Of a DNA stretch of 32,000 bases, positions 7,874 through 16,304 are shown one piece after another (position 1 is the first letter of the stretch; each line of letters opens with the position of its first letter). The notes beneath the pieces are model-generated. The model searched no databases, was not told where the DNA came from, and worked only from the letters and a program-made list of their open reading frames with translations. The stretch is from NCBI RefSeq assembly GCF_027944005.1, contig NZ_AP027204.1, positions 2,425,249-2,457,248 on the forward strand. Reading direction: 5' to 3'. Made by a program: the position numbers and the translations under genes. This stretch comes from Polynucleobacter sp. SHI8 (lineage in GTDB: Bacteria; Pseudomonadota; Gammaproteobacteria; Burkholderiales; Burkholderiaceae).

Positions 7874-9487
7874 TTAAGGAACCATATTTTTTACTAGCCA
7901 TTCATTCCACCAGCCTTTTCGATATCTCAAAGTATCAAAATGAATGAATGGAAAATCTAAAGCCGTGAATGCATCCCTTGCTTGGACATCCGCAGTCGCT
8001 TTACTGCGGTAGTGTTTCGCTTTAATGCCGACTGGTGCATGACCTGTCCACTGGTCAGCACGAACAGCATCAAGATCACTTGTGCCTAATGCGTCAGCCA
8101 CCGTGTCACGGAAACTATGCAGAACCTTAGTGCGTGGAATATGTACGCCGATTTTTTGGAGATAGTTATTCACGTCCCTAGATAAATTGCGTTCTCGTTT
8201 TTCTCTGGAATCCATGGGCAGATTTGGGAAAAGCCGCGTAGCACCCAATAATCGCAAGTCAGCGAGATAATCATCAAGACCAATTTCCCATAATATTGGA
8301 TGCAGCGGTATGGTTCTTTTTGACTGTGCATTTTTGAGTCGCTTAGTTTCTATCTTGTGCGCAATTGAGTCAGGCTTCTTTCTGGGGCGATGTTTAATTG
8401 AAATACTGCGAATACCATTTTCAATAATGATGTCATCTAGATCAAGGCAAGCAATTTCGTTTGCACGAGCACCCGTAAATAAGAGCAGTAAAGGACCCCA
8501 AAACTGATGTGGTCGTTTTGCCTTCATAAAGTTCGCACTATCAAAAATCTTAATCAGTTCTTCTTGCTGAAACGCTTCTGCACCGCCATCAATTTCGCCA
8601 TCAGAGTGGCGGACTGAATCTTCAAATGGATTTGGTTCAAAACAACGTCCAGCTTTAATCGCCCATGAAAAAAATCCAGATACATTGGTTAAGTGGTCGT
8701 TGCATGTTCTAGCTGAAATAGTGTCAGGAGCAGTATCGTTGCCATTCGCATCGAGCATGGTTGGTGGATTGAGCAAAATTTCAGATGCCGTGCCGATTTT
8801 AATATTTCGTTTTTTGGCATGCAGTGGAATATGCGAAAGTGCCTCATTGAAGTCCATGCATTCCCGCCGAGTGAGTTCATGTACCATGCGATGATTGCCA
8901 CCCATTAGAATTCCAAATAATTCCAGGCTTTCTGTGTAGGATTTTTTCGTAGCGGCAGCAATGCCTTTTTTGGAAAGCAAATAGGAATCAAAGGCATCTT
9001 TCAATGTGCTTGGCTTTGTTGGAAGGGAGGGCGCAAATTGAGTAATTTCGGCTTTTAATTTCTTAGCTTCTATTTTGAGTGCTTCAGTTGGTAGCGGAGC
9101 TGGTTGTTCACCACGACTGGCATGCAAGAAGAGGGCGAAGTTTTTTAGTTCTTCTTGGGCGACCTGAGGATTATCGCTCGTCTGAATACGAGCAGCAGAA
9201 ATACTGCCATCTTTCCCGATAGTGAGTCCTTCCACTATCAGTTTTTTAATGCTTTCCGGGTCAAGGCTATCTGGATCAATCGTCATAAGTCGCGCCAATC
9301 TGGTAATCAATGGTAGCATTGTGCCAGAAAGTTGGTAGCCCGTAAGCTTTGCGGTTTTGGGGCAACGGGTAAGCAGGGAGCGATTAAGTTCTGGCTTACC
9401 TAGAATGGTAGCGAGAATTTTTGGAAAAACGATTCGGAAATAAAAAACGCCGTGTCGAGAACGGCGTAGGTGTGAAGCTAATTTCAT
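7874..9487 (-). CDS. int: Tyrosine site-specific integrase
   Basis: Catalytic residues are in order: GARANEI (Arg), HSFRDT (HxxR), GHAPVGIKAKHY (His...Tyr). The N-terminal RRSRHGVFYFR is typical of this integrase class. I prefer the ATG at 9487, preceded by GAGGTG, over the ORF-track start at 9529. Confidence 0.85.
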   Translation of the reverse strand: MKLASHLRRSRHGVFYFRIVFPKILATILGKPELNRSLLTRCPKTAKLTGYQLSGTMLPLITRLARLMTIDPDSLDPESIKKLIVEGLTIGKDGSISAARIQTSDNPQVAQEELKNFALFLHASRGEQPAPLPTEALKIEAKKLKAEITQFAPSLPTKPSTLKDAFDSYLLSKKGIAAATKKSYTESLELFGILMGGNHRMVHELTRRECMDFNEALSHIPLHAKKRNIKIGTASEILLNPPTMLDANGNDTAPDTISARTCNDHLTNVSGFFSWAIKAGRCFEPNPFEDSVRHSDGEIDGGAEAFQQEELIKIFDSANFMKAKRPHQFWGPLLLLFTGARANEIACLDLDDIIIENGIRSISIKHRPRKKPDSIAHKIETKRLKNAQSKRTIPLHPILWEIGLDDYLADLRLLGATRLFPNLPMDSREKRERNLSRDVNNYLQKIGVHIPRTKVLHSFRDTVADALGTSDLDAVRADQWTGHAPVGIKAKHYRSKATADVQARDAFTALDFPFIHFDTLRYRKGWWNEWLVKNMVP

Positions 9488-9577
9488 TGGTATCACCTCA
9501 ATGTGAGGTGGAACACCTGTTTGGAGCACCTGATATTTTGAAGCTTATAAACTTCAATCAGATCAACAACTTAAAAT

Positions 9578-9624
9578 CTTGGTGGCCCGGGGCGGAATCG
9601 AACCACCGACACAAGGATTTTCAA
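9578..9624 (-). repeat. tRNA-Phe(GAA) 3' half, copy 1; att-type repeat, not an intact tRNA
   Basis: The minus strand reads TTGAAAA-TCCTT-GTGTC-GGTGG-TTCGATT-CCGCC-CCGGGCC-A-CCA. That is anticodon loop (GAA), 3' anticodon stem, variable loop, T arm, acceptor 3' strand and CCA. It is near-identical in layout to E. coli tRNA-Phe. No matching 5' half (GGCCCGG..., D arm) follows. It is 47/47 identical to 17538..17584. Confidence 0.7.
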
Positions 9625-9814
9625 ATATCCTCCGATAGACCGCTTTCGCTTTGATTTCAAGGGCTTGAGTCACCAGCCCCGACTTGTCTAAAAATTGTGC
9701 GTCCTTGTGCCGGTCAAATTTGGCAATGAAATCAGAATCTTGCGAGGGGCTATTTTTCCGTGTGTACAGATTGTGTCGCCATACCCTACCAGTCAATCAC
9801 CATAGTGTCTATGA

Positions 9815-9833
9815 ATGTCGTTTAAAACGACAT
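9815..9833. repeat. REP-like palindrome (TGTCG variant)
   Basis: ATGTCGTTT-A-AAACGACAT, 14 nt downstream of the HD-GYP gene stop. Confidence 0.7.
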
Positions 9834-9847
9834 TTCAACTGGCGTCC

Positions 9848-10894
9848 TTAAATTAGCGGTGGGAATGTATACCCATCAACTTTAAATACTTTTAAGCAAG
9901 CGTTAACGACATCAGTATCAAATAGCTTGTCACTACCCATAGCGATTTCTTCTAATGCGGCATCTATACCTTTACCTTTTCTGTAAGGGCGATCAGATGA
10001 CATTGCCTCTACTGTGTCTGCCACACCCAGAATACGAGCCTCCTCACAGACAATATCGCCTTTAATTGCGTTGGGGTAGCCACTGCCATCCAAACGCTCA
10101 TGATGCTGAAGAACTGCTTGAGCAATATTCCAAGGAAAGTGAATATGTTTGAGCATGTCATAGCCAGCTTGAACATGATTCCTAAGCATGGCGACCTCAA
10201 AGTTGCTTAGGGCGATGGGCTTTGTGAGAATTTCTGCGGGAATAGTAATTTTGCCAATATCGTGAACTAAGGCGGCCATACGAATACCTTCAATGGTATG
10301 TATGGGCAAATTCATTTCCGTGGCAATTGCCACAGCCAAATTTGCCACGCGCTTTTGATGTCCGCCCGTATATGGATCGCGAGCAACAATGACATTGGCT
10401 AAAGTGTCAACCATTTCGTTCATAGAAATGTTGACTGAGTGCTGATACTCGAGCAACTCCTTTTCTAGCTTTTTTCTATCTGAGATGTCGCGAATATTAC
10501 ATTGAATAACGCGGTCGCCATTGACGCCATAGGCATTGCTGATAAACTTTACATTAATAATCTCTTCATCTTTTCGTTTTAATGGGAGATCTTCATAGCG
10601 TATGTAGCCCTTGTCTTTGAGCACGGTAAAGGCTGTTAAAGCCGCGGCTTTATCTACCATCGCGCCAATTTCCCACAACTCTTTACCGATGAGCTCATCT
10701 CTTGTAAAGCCCAGTAGGTTAGTAATGAATGGATTAGCGTCTTGAATGACTCCCGTTTGAAAATCAAGTATCAAGATACCATCTTGAGCGGTCTCAAATA
10801 ATCGCCTATAGCGTAGCTCTGATTGTTTGGCTAACTGTTCTTTGTTTAAATCGTTTGTCATCAATATATTTGGTGAAATCAATAAATCCACCAT
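9848..10894 (-). CDS. PAS-domain HD-GYP c-di-GMP phosphodiesterase
   Basis: The N-terminal [16 protein letters not shown]...ANPF is PAS-like. The C-terminal half has HDIGK and [11 protein letters not shown] (HD-GYP signature). Confidence 0.8.
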   Translation of the reverse strand: MVDLLISPNILMTNDLNKEQLAKQSELRYRRLFETAQDGILILDFQTGVIQDANPFITNLLGFTRDELIGKELWEIGAMVDKAAALTAFTVLKDKGYIRYEDLPLKRKDEEIINVKFISNAYGVNGDRVIQCNIRDISDRKKLEKELLEYQHSVNISMNEMVDTLANVIVARDPYTGGHQKRVANLAVAIATEMNLPIHTIEGIRMAALVHDIGKITIPAEILTKPIALSNFEVAMLRNHVQAGYDMLKHIHFPWNIAQAVLQHHERLDGSGYPNAIKGDIVCEEARILGVADTVEAMSSDRPYRKGKGIDAALEEIAMGSDKLFDTDVVNACLKVFKVDGYTFPPLI

Positions 10895-10997
10895 CCTCTT
10901 GATTTCAGTGTATACCCATTAATTCTGATGGTTATAGACTTTTAGTCTATTTAAGAGCTTAATTGAATCAATCTATCTTTTAGATGCGAGGAATATT

Positions 10998-11849
10998 TTG
11001 TACATAGCAATTAGCCTTTACAGCTTGTCTTTACTTTGCCAGGTTCTCGCATCATTAATTAGTCTTTCGTTATTTCGATATTCAGCAAAAGTATATCGTT
11101 TTCCTTGGCTTTTACTCGCTATAGGCTTGGCAATGATGATTGGGCGAAGAATGAATCCCATTCTTCATATATTCGAAACCGATCATTATGATTTAATAGA
11201 CGCCCTCTTATCTCTACTAATTTCTGGTTTTTTATTACTTGGAGTGCTTGGTCTTAGAAAATTACTCCTCAAGTCTGACGATAAACAACTGACACTTGAA
11301 ACTCTTGCTCAATTTGACCCCCTCACCAACAGCTTAAGTCGCACTGAAATTCTTTATCGAGCCTCTGAAGAAATTGATCGATCACGCAGAAATAAACATT
11401 CCTTTGCGCTTTTAGAAATGGACATTGACCATTTTAAAAATGTAAACGATCAGCTTGGTCATCATGTTGGCGATGAAGTCTTAATTAATTTTGTAAGACA
11501 CTCCCAAGAAGCCCTTCGCTCTATCGATTCAGTTGGACGAATTGGTGGAGAAGAATTTCTAATTCTTTTGCCAGAAACAGAAGCCGAGGGAGCCGCTCAA
11601 ATTGCCGAGCGTTTGCGTAAACATATTGCTAACGCAATAAATGATACGAGCGCCCCAATACCAGTAAAAATCACCATTAGTATTGGGGTGACGATTTTTG
11701 AGCCAAATGAAAACCCTAGAATTGCGCGTGGAATAGTGCTCAATGAACTCATGAATAAGGCTGACTTAGCAATGTATCAAGCTAAAAATGAAGGGCGAAA
11801 TCGTATTGCCTTTTGGAGCGCCTCTACCCCCCCCCTTAAGAGGGCATGA
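10998..11849 (+). CDS. Membrane-anchored GGDEF diguanylate cyclase
   Basis: The N-terminal ~95 aa are hydrophobic. The active site is RIGGEEFLILL (GGEEF). NEGRNR lies near the C-terminus. The TTG start is preceded by GAGGAA. Confidence 0.8.
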   Translation: MYIAISLYSLSLLCQVLASLISLSLFRYSAKVYRFPWLLLAIGLAMMIGRRMNPILHIFETDHYDLIDALLSLLISGFLLLGVLGLRKLLLKSDDKQLTLETLAQFDPLTNSLSRTEILYRASEEIDRSRRNKHSFALLEMDIDHFKNVNDQLGHHVGDEVLINFVRHSQEALRSIDSVGRIGGEEFLILLPETEAEGAAQIAERLRKHIANAINDTSAPIPVKITISIGVTIFEPNENPRIARGIVLNELMNKADLAMYQAKNEGRNRIAFWSASTPPLKRA

Positions 11850-11851
11850 TA

Positions 11852-12796
11852 TTAAAAAGGAATGATTAATTCTTCCATCACATAGCGATAAAAGTAATTG
11901 GGCCCTAAAAACCCAGCAGACTTGCCATAACCAGCACGAGTCGTAAAGTAATAGTCATTTGATGCTACCGGACTGGTTGCCGCGAACTCATAAAGTTGTG
12001 TAGTGGTACTTGGATCTTGATTGACTGTTTGCCGCCCAACACCTGCTGTGCCACTGAGCATCCACCCCGCCATTCTTTTTCTTGCCCCAAACGCAATCAT
12101 CGTTTCGTTATAGGTTGATGGGTTGAAATAGTTATTAGCAACATTGGTATTGGTATCCCTAAATTGGCGATAACGCAGTTGCGCCGTTAGCCCGTAGTCT
12201 GGCACTAGGTCGTAAATGAGCTTTGCCCTCACTATTGGCCTTGTATTAGTGTCAGAAAAATACATATTGGCACCCATCAATATCGCAGTTAAACGCTCAA
12301 GAACCTGTTGCTCAAGAACCACTCCTCCAAGCGTGTAATAGATTCCATTGTTTAAGGAGTTTTGCGTCTCCACTCTATCTCGATTAACAATCACTTCAGC
12401 TTTTGTAGAGTCTGTTACGCGAAATCCATAGTTACTATCAGTGGTAACTAATTGATGCCCATTCTCAGTGTTGTAACCAATATTGAGGTTATAGCCTAGA
12501 GCTGTTCGCGGATTAATTGCCTTTGTCATTAGTGTATATTGCTCACCTGTTGAGCTCCAGCCGCCTTGCGTAAAGTAATTGTGCTGATAGGTAATGCCTG
12601 TATATTTTTCACCATGCTCGTACAAAGGTAGGTAGCCTGCCTTGTATTTGTATGTAGAAAACCCTTCGCTATCGGAGCTGAAATACACATTCGGCACTGA
12701 AATAGCCTGCTTTGTTTGCTCTGTCTCTTCTTCGGCATTCGCATGAGAAGTAAACAGTATGGAGATCATTAGAAAAATCTGAACTATTCTTTTCAT
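11852..12796 (-). CDS. Outer-membrane beta-barrel protein, candidate exopolysaccharide porin
   Basis: The signal peptide is MKRIVQIFLMISILFTSHANA. The sequence is rich in alternating aromatic and polar residues. The C-terminus is ...LIIPF (terminal Phe). Its ATG at 12796 overlaps the TGA of the upstream GT2 gene (ATGA). Confidence 0.65.
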   Translation of the reverse strand: MKRIVQIFLMISILFTSHANAEEETEQTKQAISVPNVYFSSDSEGFSTYKYKAGYLPLYEHGEKYTGITYQHNYFTQGGWSSTGEQYTLMTKAINPRTALGYNLNIGYNTENGHQLVTTDSNYGFRVTDSTKAEVIVNRDRVETQNSLNNGIYYTLGGVVLEQQVLERLTAILMGANMYFSDTNTRPIVRAKLIYDLVPDYGLTAQLRYRQFRDTNTNVANNYFNPSTYNETMIAFGARKRMAGWMLSGTAGVGRQTVNQDPSTTTQLYEFAATSPVASNDYYFTTRAGYGKSAGFLGPNYFYRYVMEELIIPF

Positions 12797-14124
12797 TTCG
12801 TTCCCCAAGATTTACGAAGATTAAACAGCTCAGAAAAATATCCATAAACACAAGCGGGCTGAAGCACTAAGCCATAGGCAAAAACATAGGATAAGAAGCC
12901 CAACATATTTGCCCGGACCGTTAAATGCTTAGCATTAAACATCGCCTTGCCCTTTAAATACATTTGCCAATTGAGTAAAAAAGCCATCGGCAATAGTGAT
13001 AGCGTCATGGGGCTTGCTATCCAATAGATGCCAAAACAAGCCAGGATTAGTCCAGGGATAAATCCAAAAGTAAAAGCAATATCCATTAGTGGAAACAATG
13101 CATTCCACCAAATGTATAGTGTTGAATATCTTGGCTTAACAAGAATCGTGGGGTTGTCCTTAAAAGCTTCTATCAATCCCCGTGACCAACGCCTTCTTTG
13201 GTGTATGAATTTACTTAAAGTATTGGGGCAATCCGTAAAAGCCAAAGCATCCTCAGCATGTCCCACTCTATAGCCTGCTGACAAAATTCTCCAAGTCAGT
13301 ACGATATCTTCACCGACCATCTCTGGCCAACCGCCCAATTCCAAAACTGTTTTACGGTCATACAAAGAGAATGCGCCTTGGGCAACTAAAGTACCTTGAA
13401 ATAAAGACTGAATTCGCTTGATAGTCGCAATACCTAAAAAGTAATCCCACTCCTGCGCCTTGGTAACCCAGTTTTCTCTTGAGTTGCGAATGAGAATTTC
13501 TCCAGCAACTGCTTTGGTATTGATTGGATCGGAGAGGTATCGACCAACTAAGTGACGGACGCCATCTTTCAATATATAGCTATCAGCATCGATTGAAATA
13601 ATAATATCCGTCGTACATTTTGCCAAACCATGATTGAGAGCGGACGCTTTGCCACCGTTACGCCCTAAGTCAATGAGCTCTAAATTGGGATGAGCAAACT
13701 GTAATGCTTTAACAGAATCGACAGTCTTATCACTAGAGCCATCATTAATCACAATGATGCGAATATCTGCTGGGTAATCCTGTAGAAAAATTCCTGACAG
13801 AGTTGAAGCTATTGATGCCCCCTCGTTATAGGCGGCGATTAATATAGTGACCGGAGGGTAATGCTGATCAAGTATCACTTTTGGGCGGCGATCTAGTAGA
13901 AGAGCCATGGCCACAAAAGCATTCATATAGCCTGGAACAATAGCTACAAATGTAATGACGAAATAAGCGAGGAATGTTCCTATTTCATTGCTCAGGTCTG
14001 AATACCAGGGATGGGAATACCAAAAAGAAAATCCCATCCAACTTAAGGAAAATAGTAGTGAAACGATAAATTTTCCTTTTACTGAAAAATACAAAGGATT
14101 CCACCAAAATTTATAATTGTTCAT
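12793..14124 (-). CDS. Processive family-2 glycosyltransferase (PgaC/IcaA/cellulose-synthase-like polysaccharide synthase)
   Basis: Motifs are NDGSSDKT, SIDADS and QRRRWSRG (QxxRW), with flanking transmembrane segments. I prefer the ATG at 14124, preceded by GGGGAG, over the TTG at 14136. Confidence 0.8.
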   Translation of the reverse strand: MNNYKFWWNPLYFSVKGKFIVSLLFSLSWMGFSFWYSHPWYSDLSNEIGTFLAYFVITFVAIVPGYMNAFVAMALLLDRRPKVILDQHYPPVTILIAAYNEGASIASTLSGIFLQDYPADIRIIVINDGSSDKTVDSVKALQFAHPNLELIDLGRNGGKASALNHGLAKCTTDIIISIDADSYILKDGVRHLVGRYLSDPINTKAVAGEILIRNSRENWVTKAQEWDYFLGIATIKRIQSLFQGTLVAQGAFSLYDRKTVLELGGWPEMVGEDIVLTWRILSAGYRVGHAEDALAFTDCPNTLSKFIHQRRRWSRGLIEAFKDNPTILVKPRYSTLYIWWNALFPLMDIAFTFGFIPGLILACFGIYWIASPMTLSLLPMAFLLNWQMYLKGKAMFNAKHLTVRANMLGFLSYVFAYGLVLQPACVYGYFSELFNLRKSWGTK

Positions 14125-14147
14125 AATACTCCCCAATGGGATTGTTT

Positions 14148-14211
14148 TGTCGTTTTAAACGACATTGACTGACACAGGGATGTTTAATTGACATGTCCTT
14201 TAAAAGGACAT
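14148..14211. repeat. Pair of REP-like palindromes (TGTCG type followed by TGTCC type)
   Basis: TGTCGTTTTAAACGACA at 14148..14164 and ATGTCCTTTAAAAGGACAT at 14193..14211. The whole ~65-bp unit is repeated at 17386..17448. Confidence 0.7.
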
Positions 14212-14328
14212 TTGATGAACCAGACACCCAGCCGAGAAACAGAGTAGTGGAATCCTGAATGACGGATTAAATCTATTGGATTTGACTAAACACGCTATGC
14301 ACAAGGTCTAAGCACCATTGAGCACTCG

Positions 14329-14357
14329 AAATAAAAATAGCCCAACAAGTGGGCTAT
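14329..14357 (-). terminator. Intrinsic-terminator-like hairpin with a U-tract on the minus strand
   Basis: ATAGCCCA-acaag-TGGGCTAT (8-bp stem) is followed on the minus strand by TTTTATTT. Confidence 0.45.
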
Positions 14358-14476
14358 TGTGTACTACCCGAGACATAGTTTACGTTTTATACCGGACACA
14401 TACTTTACAGTTTTTGGCATAGGAGGGACCACTCTATGCCGTGGAATGAAAGTACTGGATATATGTAACCATGTAA

Positions 14477-14511
14477 TCGGTACCGGATGTAAACCATGTG
14501 TCCGGTACGGA
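14477..14511. repeat. Conserved hairpin/tandem-repeat block just 3' of tRNA-Phe fragment copy 2
   Basis: TCGGTACCGGATGTAAACCATGTGTCCGGTACGGA is identical to 17494..17528. It has an 8-bp inverted repeat, GTACCGGA/TCCGGTAC. A degenerate tandem copy of the GTAAACCATGTG segment lies immediately to its left. Confidence 0.6.
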
Positions 14512-14520
14512 CCTTTGAAT

Positions 14521-14548
14521 CTTGGTGGCCCGGGGCGGAATCGACCAG
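14521..14548 (-). repeat. tRNA-Phe 3' fragment, copy 2 (T loop to CCA only)
   Basis: CTTGGTGGCCCGGGGCGGAATCGA matches copies 1 and 3 for 24 nt and then diverges inside the T loop. Confidence 0.6.
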
Positions 14549-14608
14549 GGCCTAGGATGCTTGATCCTGCTTTAGACTATCCAATAACCGCTTCTTCATA
14601 AGGCTCAA

Positions 14609-14959
14609 ATGACTTGGATCATTACCAAATATCTCCTAACCGCAGGAATGGTTGTATTCATCTCAGAGGTTGCCAAGCGTAGCGATAGACTGGGTGGCTT
14701 TATTGCGGCATTGCCCATAATGACTCTTTTAACTCTTGTGTGGCTGTATGTAGAAAACCAGCCCGAAGAGAAAATTGCTAATCACGCCTATTACACCTTC
14801 TGGTATGTGATTCCAACATTGCCGATGCTCTTGCTTTTCTCTTACTTACTGCCAAGGCTGGGGTTCTGGATAACTATGGGAGCTTGCGTAGTGGCAACTG
14901 TTATCTGCTTTGGCTTGTTTGCCTTGGTAATGAAGGGCTTTGGGGTTCAACTATTGTGA
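14609..14959 (+). CDS. Small integral membrane protein (DUF3147-like; tentative)
   Basis: 116 aa with four hydrophobic segments. The family assignment rests only on remembered resemblance. Confidence 0.5.
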   Translation: MTWIITKYLLTAGMVVFISEVAKRSDRLGGFIAALPIMTLLTLVWLYVENQPEEKIANHAYYTFWYVIPTLPMLLLFSYLLPRLGFWITMGACVVATVICFGLFALVMKGFGVQLL

Positions 14960-14988
14960 TGAGCGTCGCTTACGACTTCTTTATATAC

Positions 14989-15012
14989 ATATATACGTAC
15001 AAACGTATATAT
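14989..15012. repeat. TA-rich inverted repeat inside an alternating purine/pyrimidine tract
   Basis: ATATATACGT-acaa-ACGTATATAT. A related tract, CATATATGCGTATATACACATATATA, lies at about 15051..15076 between convergent genes. Confidence 0.5.
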
Positions 15013-15080
15013 TTCATCCAACAATAGGTTTAGCCATTACTTTAAATAGCCATATATGCGTATATACACATATATAAGAT

Positions 15081-15095
15081 GTCCTTTTAAAGGAC
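15081..15095. repeat. REP-like palindrome
   Basis: GTCCTTTTAAAGGAC. Confidence 0.65.
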
Positions 15096-15171
15096 GTTTC
15101 AGTAAGAGTCTATTTAATCGACGCTTAGGTTAAGGGATGGCGAGAGCCAACTTCAGAGCTCTCGCATACCT

Positions 15172-15702
15172 TCAAAGTCCTTTTTTCTCAAACCAGCGAA
15201 ACAGTCCCAAAGTAATGAGAGCAAATATCACAGCAATAACCCATTGATTAACACCAATAGTCGCAGGTAATCCAATCTTTCCTAAGTCGGCCCAAGCAAG
15301 CACCGTTGATTTAAAGAATGGATACATTTGGGCATAAATTCCTGCGCCTACAACCATACCAATAACTCCAAAGATTGCAGTCCAGCGACCTTCACCTACT
15401 GCGCCCACTGAGGTACCGGGACAATATCCCAAGACTGCCCAACCTACCCCAAACAATGCGCCACCTACCAAAATGCCACCAACATTCATTGCTTTAAGGC
15501 TCAATGTAATAAGCCCCATCTCATGCAAAGCTAAAACACCAAACATACCCACAACAATGGCTGAGAGCATGAACTTAAATATGGTCATGTCTTTTAATAG
15601 CAATGCGGCAACTTGCTTGTCATAACGCAAGACACGCCCTTTTTGTAATAAGAAACCAAAGATAACGCCAGTTGCTAATCCTAATAGATGATCTATAGAC
15701 AT
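15172..15702 (-). CDS. YeeE/YedE-family sulfur-compound transporter, C-terminal-type half
   Basis: 176 aa and multi-transmembrane, with the conserved GYCPGTS cysteine motif. It lies 2 nt downstream of its partner gene. Confidence 0.7.
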   Translation of the reverse strand: MSIDHLLGLATGVIFGFLLQKGRVLRYDKQVAALLLKDMTIFKFMLSAIVVGMFGVLALHEMGLITLSLKAMNVGGILVGGALFGVGWAVLGYCPGTSVGAVGEGRWTAIFGVIGMVVGAGIYAQMYPFFKSTVLAWADLGKIGLPATIGVNQWVIAVIFALITLGLFRWFEKKGL

Positions 15703-15704
15703 GA

Positions 15705-16259
15705 TTAGCTTGCCTTTCTGTACATGAAGTTTGCGACGATGACGCCAAAACCAAAGAACATGGCTAATGCGACAAAAGAACTTACTGATAACTGCATCAT
15801 GCCGCTCAGTCCATGTCCACTAGGACAACCATCTGCTAAGCGAGCGCCAATCATTGCTACGATACCGCCCACAAAAGCATATACAGACCGTTTTGGTACT
15901 GAAGATCCAAAACGTTTTTCCCATAATGGTGGCAGGCTTTCTAACTTAAAACTGCCATCCATTTTTGAGGAGAGCAATGCGCCAAAGAAGATGCCAATCA
16001 CCATGAGAAATTGCCAATCAATGACAACTTTTTCTTTTGCGTAATAAACATTTTGTGCAACATAACTAGGGTCTACCACTTGAACTGCTAGACCTGCTGC
16101 GCGAACAAAAGTAGTTGATGCTCCTAAGTAGGTGGACTTGCCCATATAAACGGTAGTCAGATAGACAGAAACGATAGCCAGTACTCCAACTAAGGCTCCT
16201 GCCAAATAGGGACTCCACCCTTTAGAGCTAGATGCTCTAGTTTGTTCTGGATTAATCAT
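15705..16259 (-). CDS. YeeE/YedE-family sulfur-compound transporter, N-terminal-type half
   Basis: 184 aa and multi-transmembrane, with the ADGCPSGHG cysteine motif. Confidence 0.7.
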   Translation of the reverse strand: MINPEQTRASSSKGWSPYLAGALVGVLAIVSVYLTTVYMGKSTYLGASTTFVRAAGLAVQVVDPSYVAQNVYYAKEKVVIDWQFLMVIGIFFGALLSSKMDGSFKLESLPPLWEKRFGSSVPKRSVYAFVGGIVAMIGARLADGCPSGHGLSGMMQLSVSSFVALAMFFGFGVIVANFMYRKAS

Positions 16260-16304
16260 CGTAAATCCTTATCAGTGATTTGCTTGTTAGCTGTTGGCAA
16301 AAGA

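Larger units (their letters stand above)
1..9624. mobile_element. Integrative element, right-hand part (left end lies outside the window). The integrase is at the right end, next to a tRNA-Phe 3'-half repeat.
   Basis: A tyrosine integrase (7874..9487) lies directly beside a 45-nt tRNA-Phe 3' half (9580..9624). The cargo is typical of mobile DNA: methyltransferases, ArdA-like protein, plasmid replicase, ParB-methylase fusion. Confidence 0.6.

Noticed and set aside
9611-9630. A plus-strand tRNA-Sec/selC-like anticodon loop (TTTCAAA)
   Set aside because: The T arm and CCA are unambiguously on the minus strand, and the apparent loop is the reverse complement of the tRNA-Phe anticodon region.
9580-9680. 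An intact tRNA, or a tRNA with a long variable arm, next to the integrase
   Set aside because: Only positions ~32-76 of a tRNA-Phe are present. The upstream sequence (GGAGGATAT) cannot pair with the TCCTT anticodon stem. No GGCCCGG-type 5' acceptor strand or D arm occurs within 100 nt. Alternative registers give an 8-nt anticodon loop.
9563-9796. A 77-aa minus-strand ORF spanning tRNA-Phe fragment 1
   Set aside because: It reads through the tRNA-derived repeat and the conserved arm and has no start context.
9580-9840. tmRNA (ssrA), standard or two-piece, suggested by the T-arm/CCA end and a nearby GGGGCTG
   Set aside because: The acceptor 3' strand CCGGGCC has G at position 70, so there is no G3:U70 alanine identity pair. 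GGGGCTG does not pair with it. The available space is too short, and there is no tag ORF or downstream coding piece, because the integrase gene follows directly.
12529-12851. ORFs 12529..12744 and 12669..12851 overlapping the outer-membrane-protein and GT2 genes
   Set aside because: They are alternative frames of well-supported genes.
14359-14601. An 80-aa ORF sharing the peptide GTGCKPCVRYG..LGGPGRNR with ORF 17466..17672
   Set aside because: The shared peptide is simply the translation of the duplicated hairpin block plus the tRNA-Phe fragment. The similarity is at the DNA level and both ORFs span non-coding repeats.
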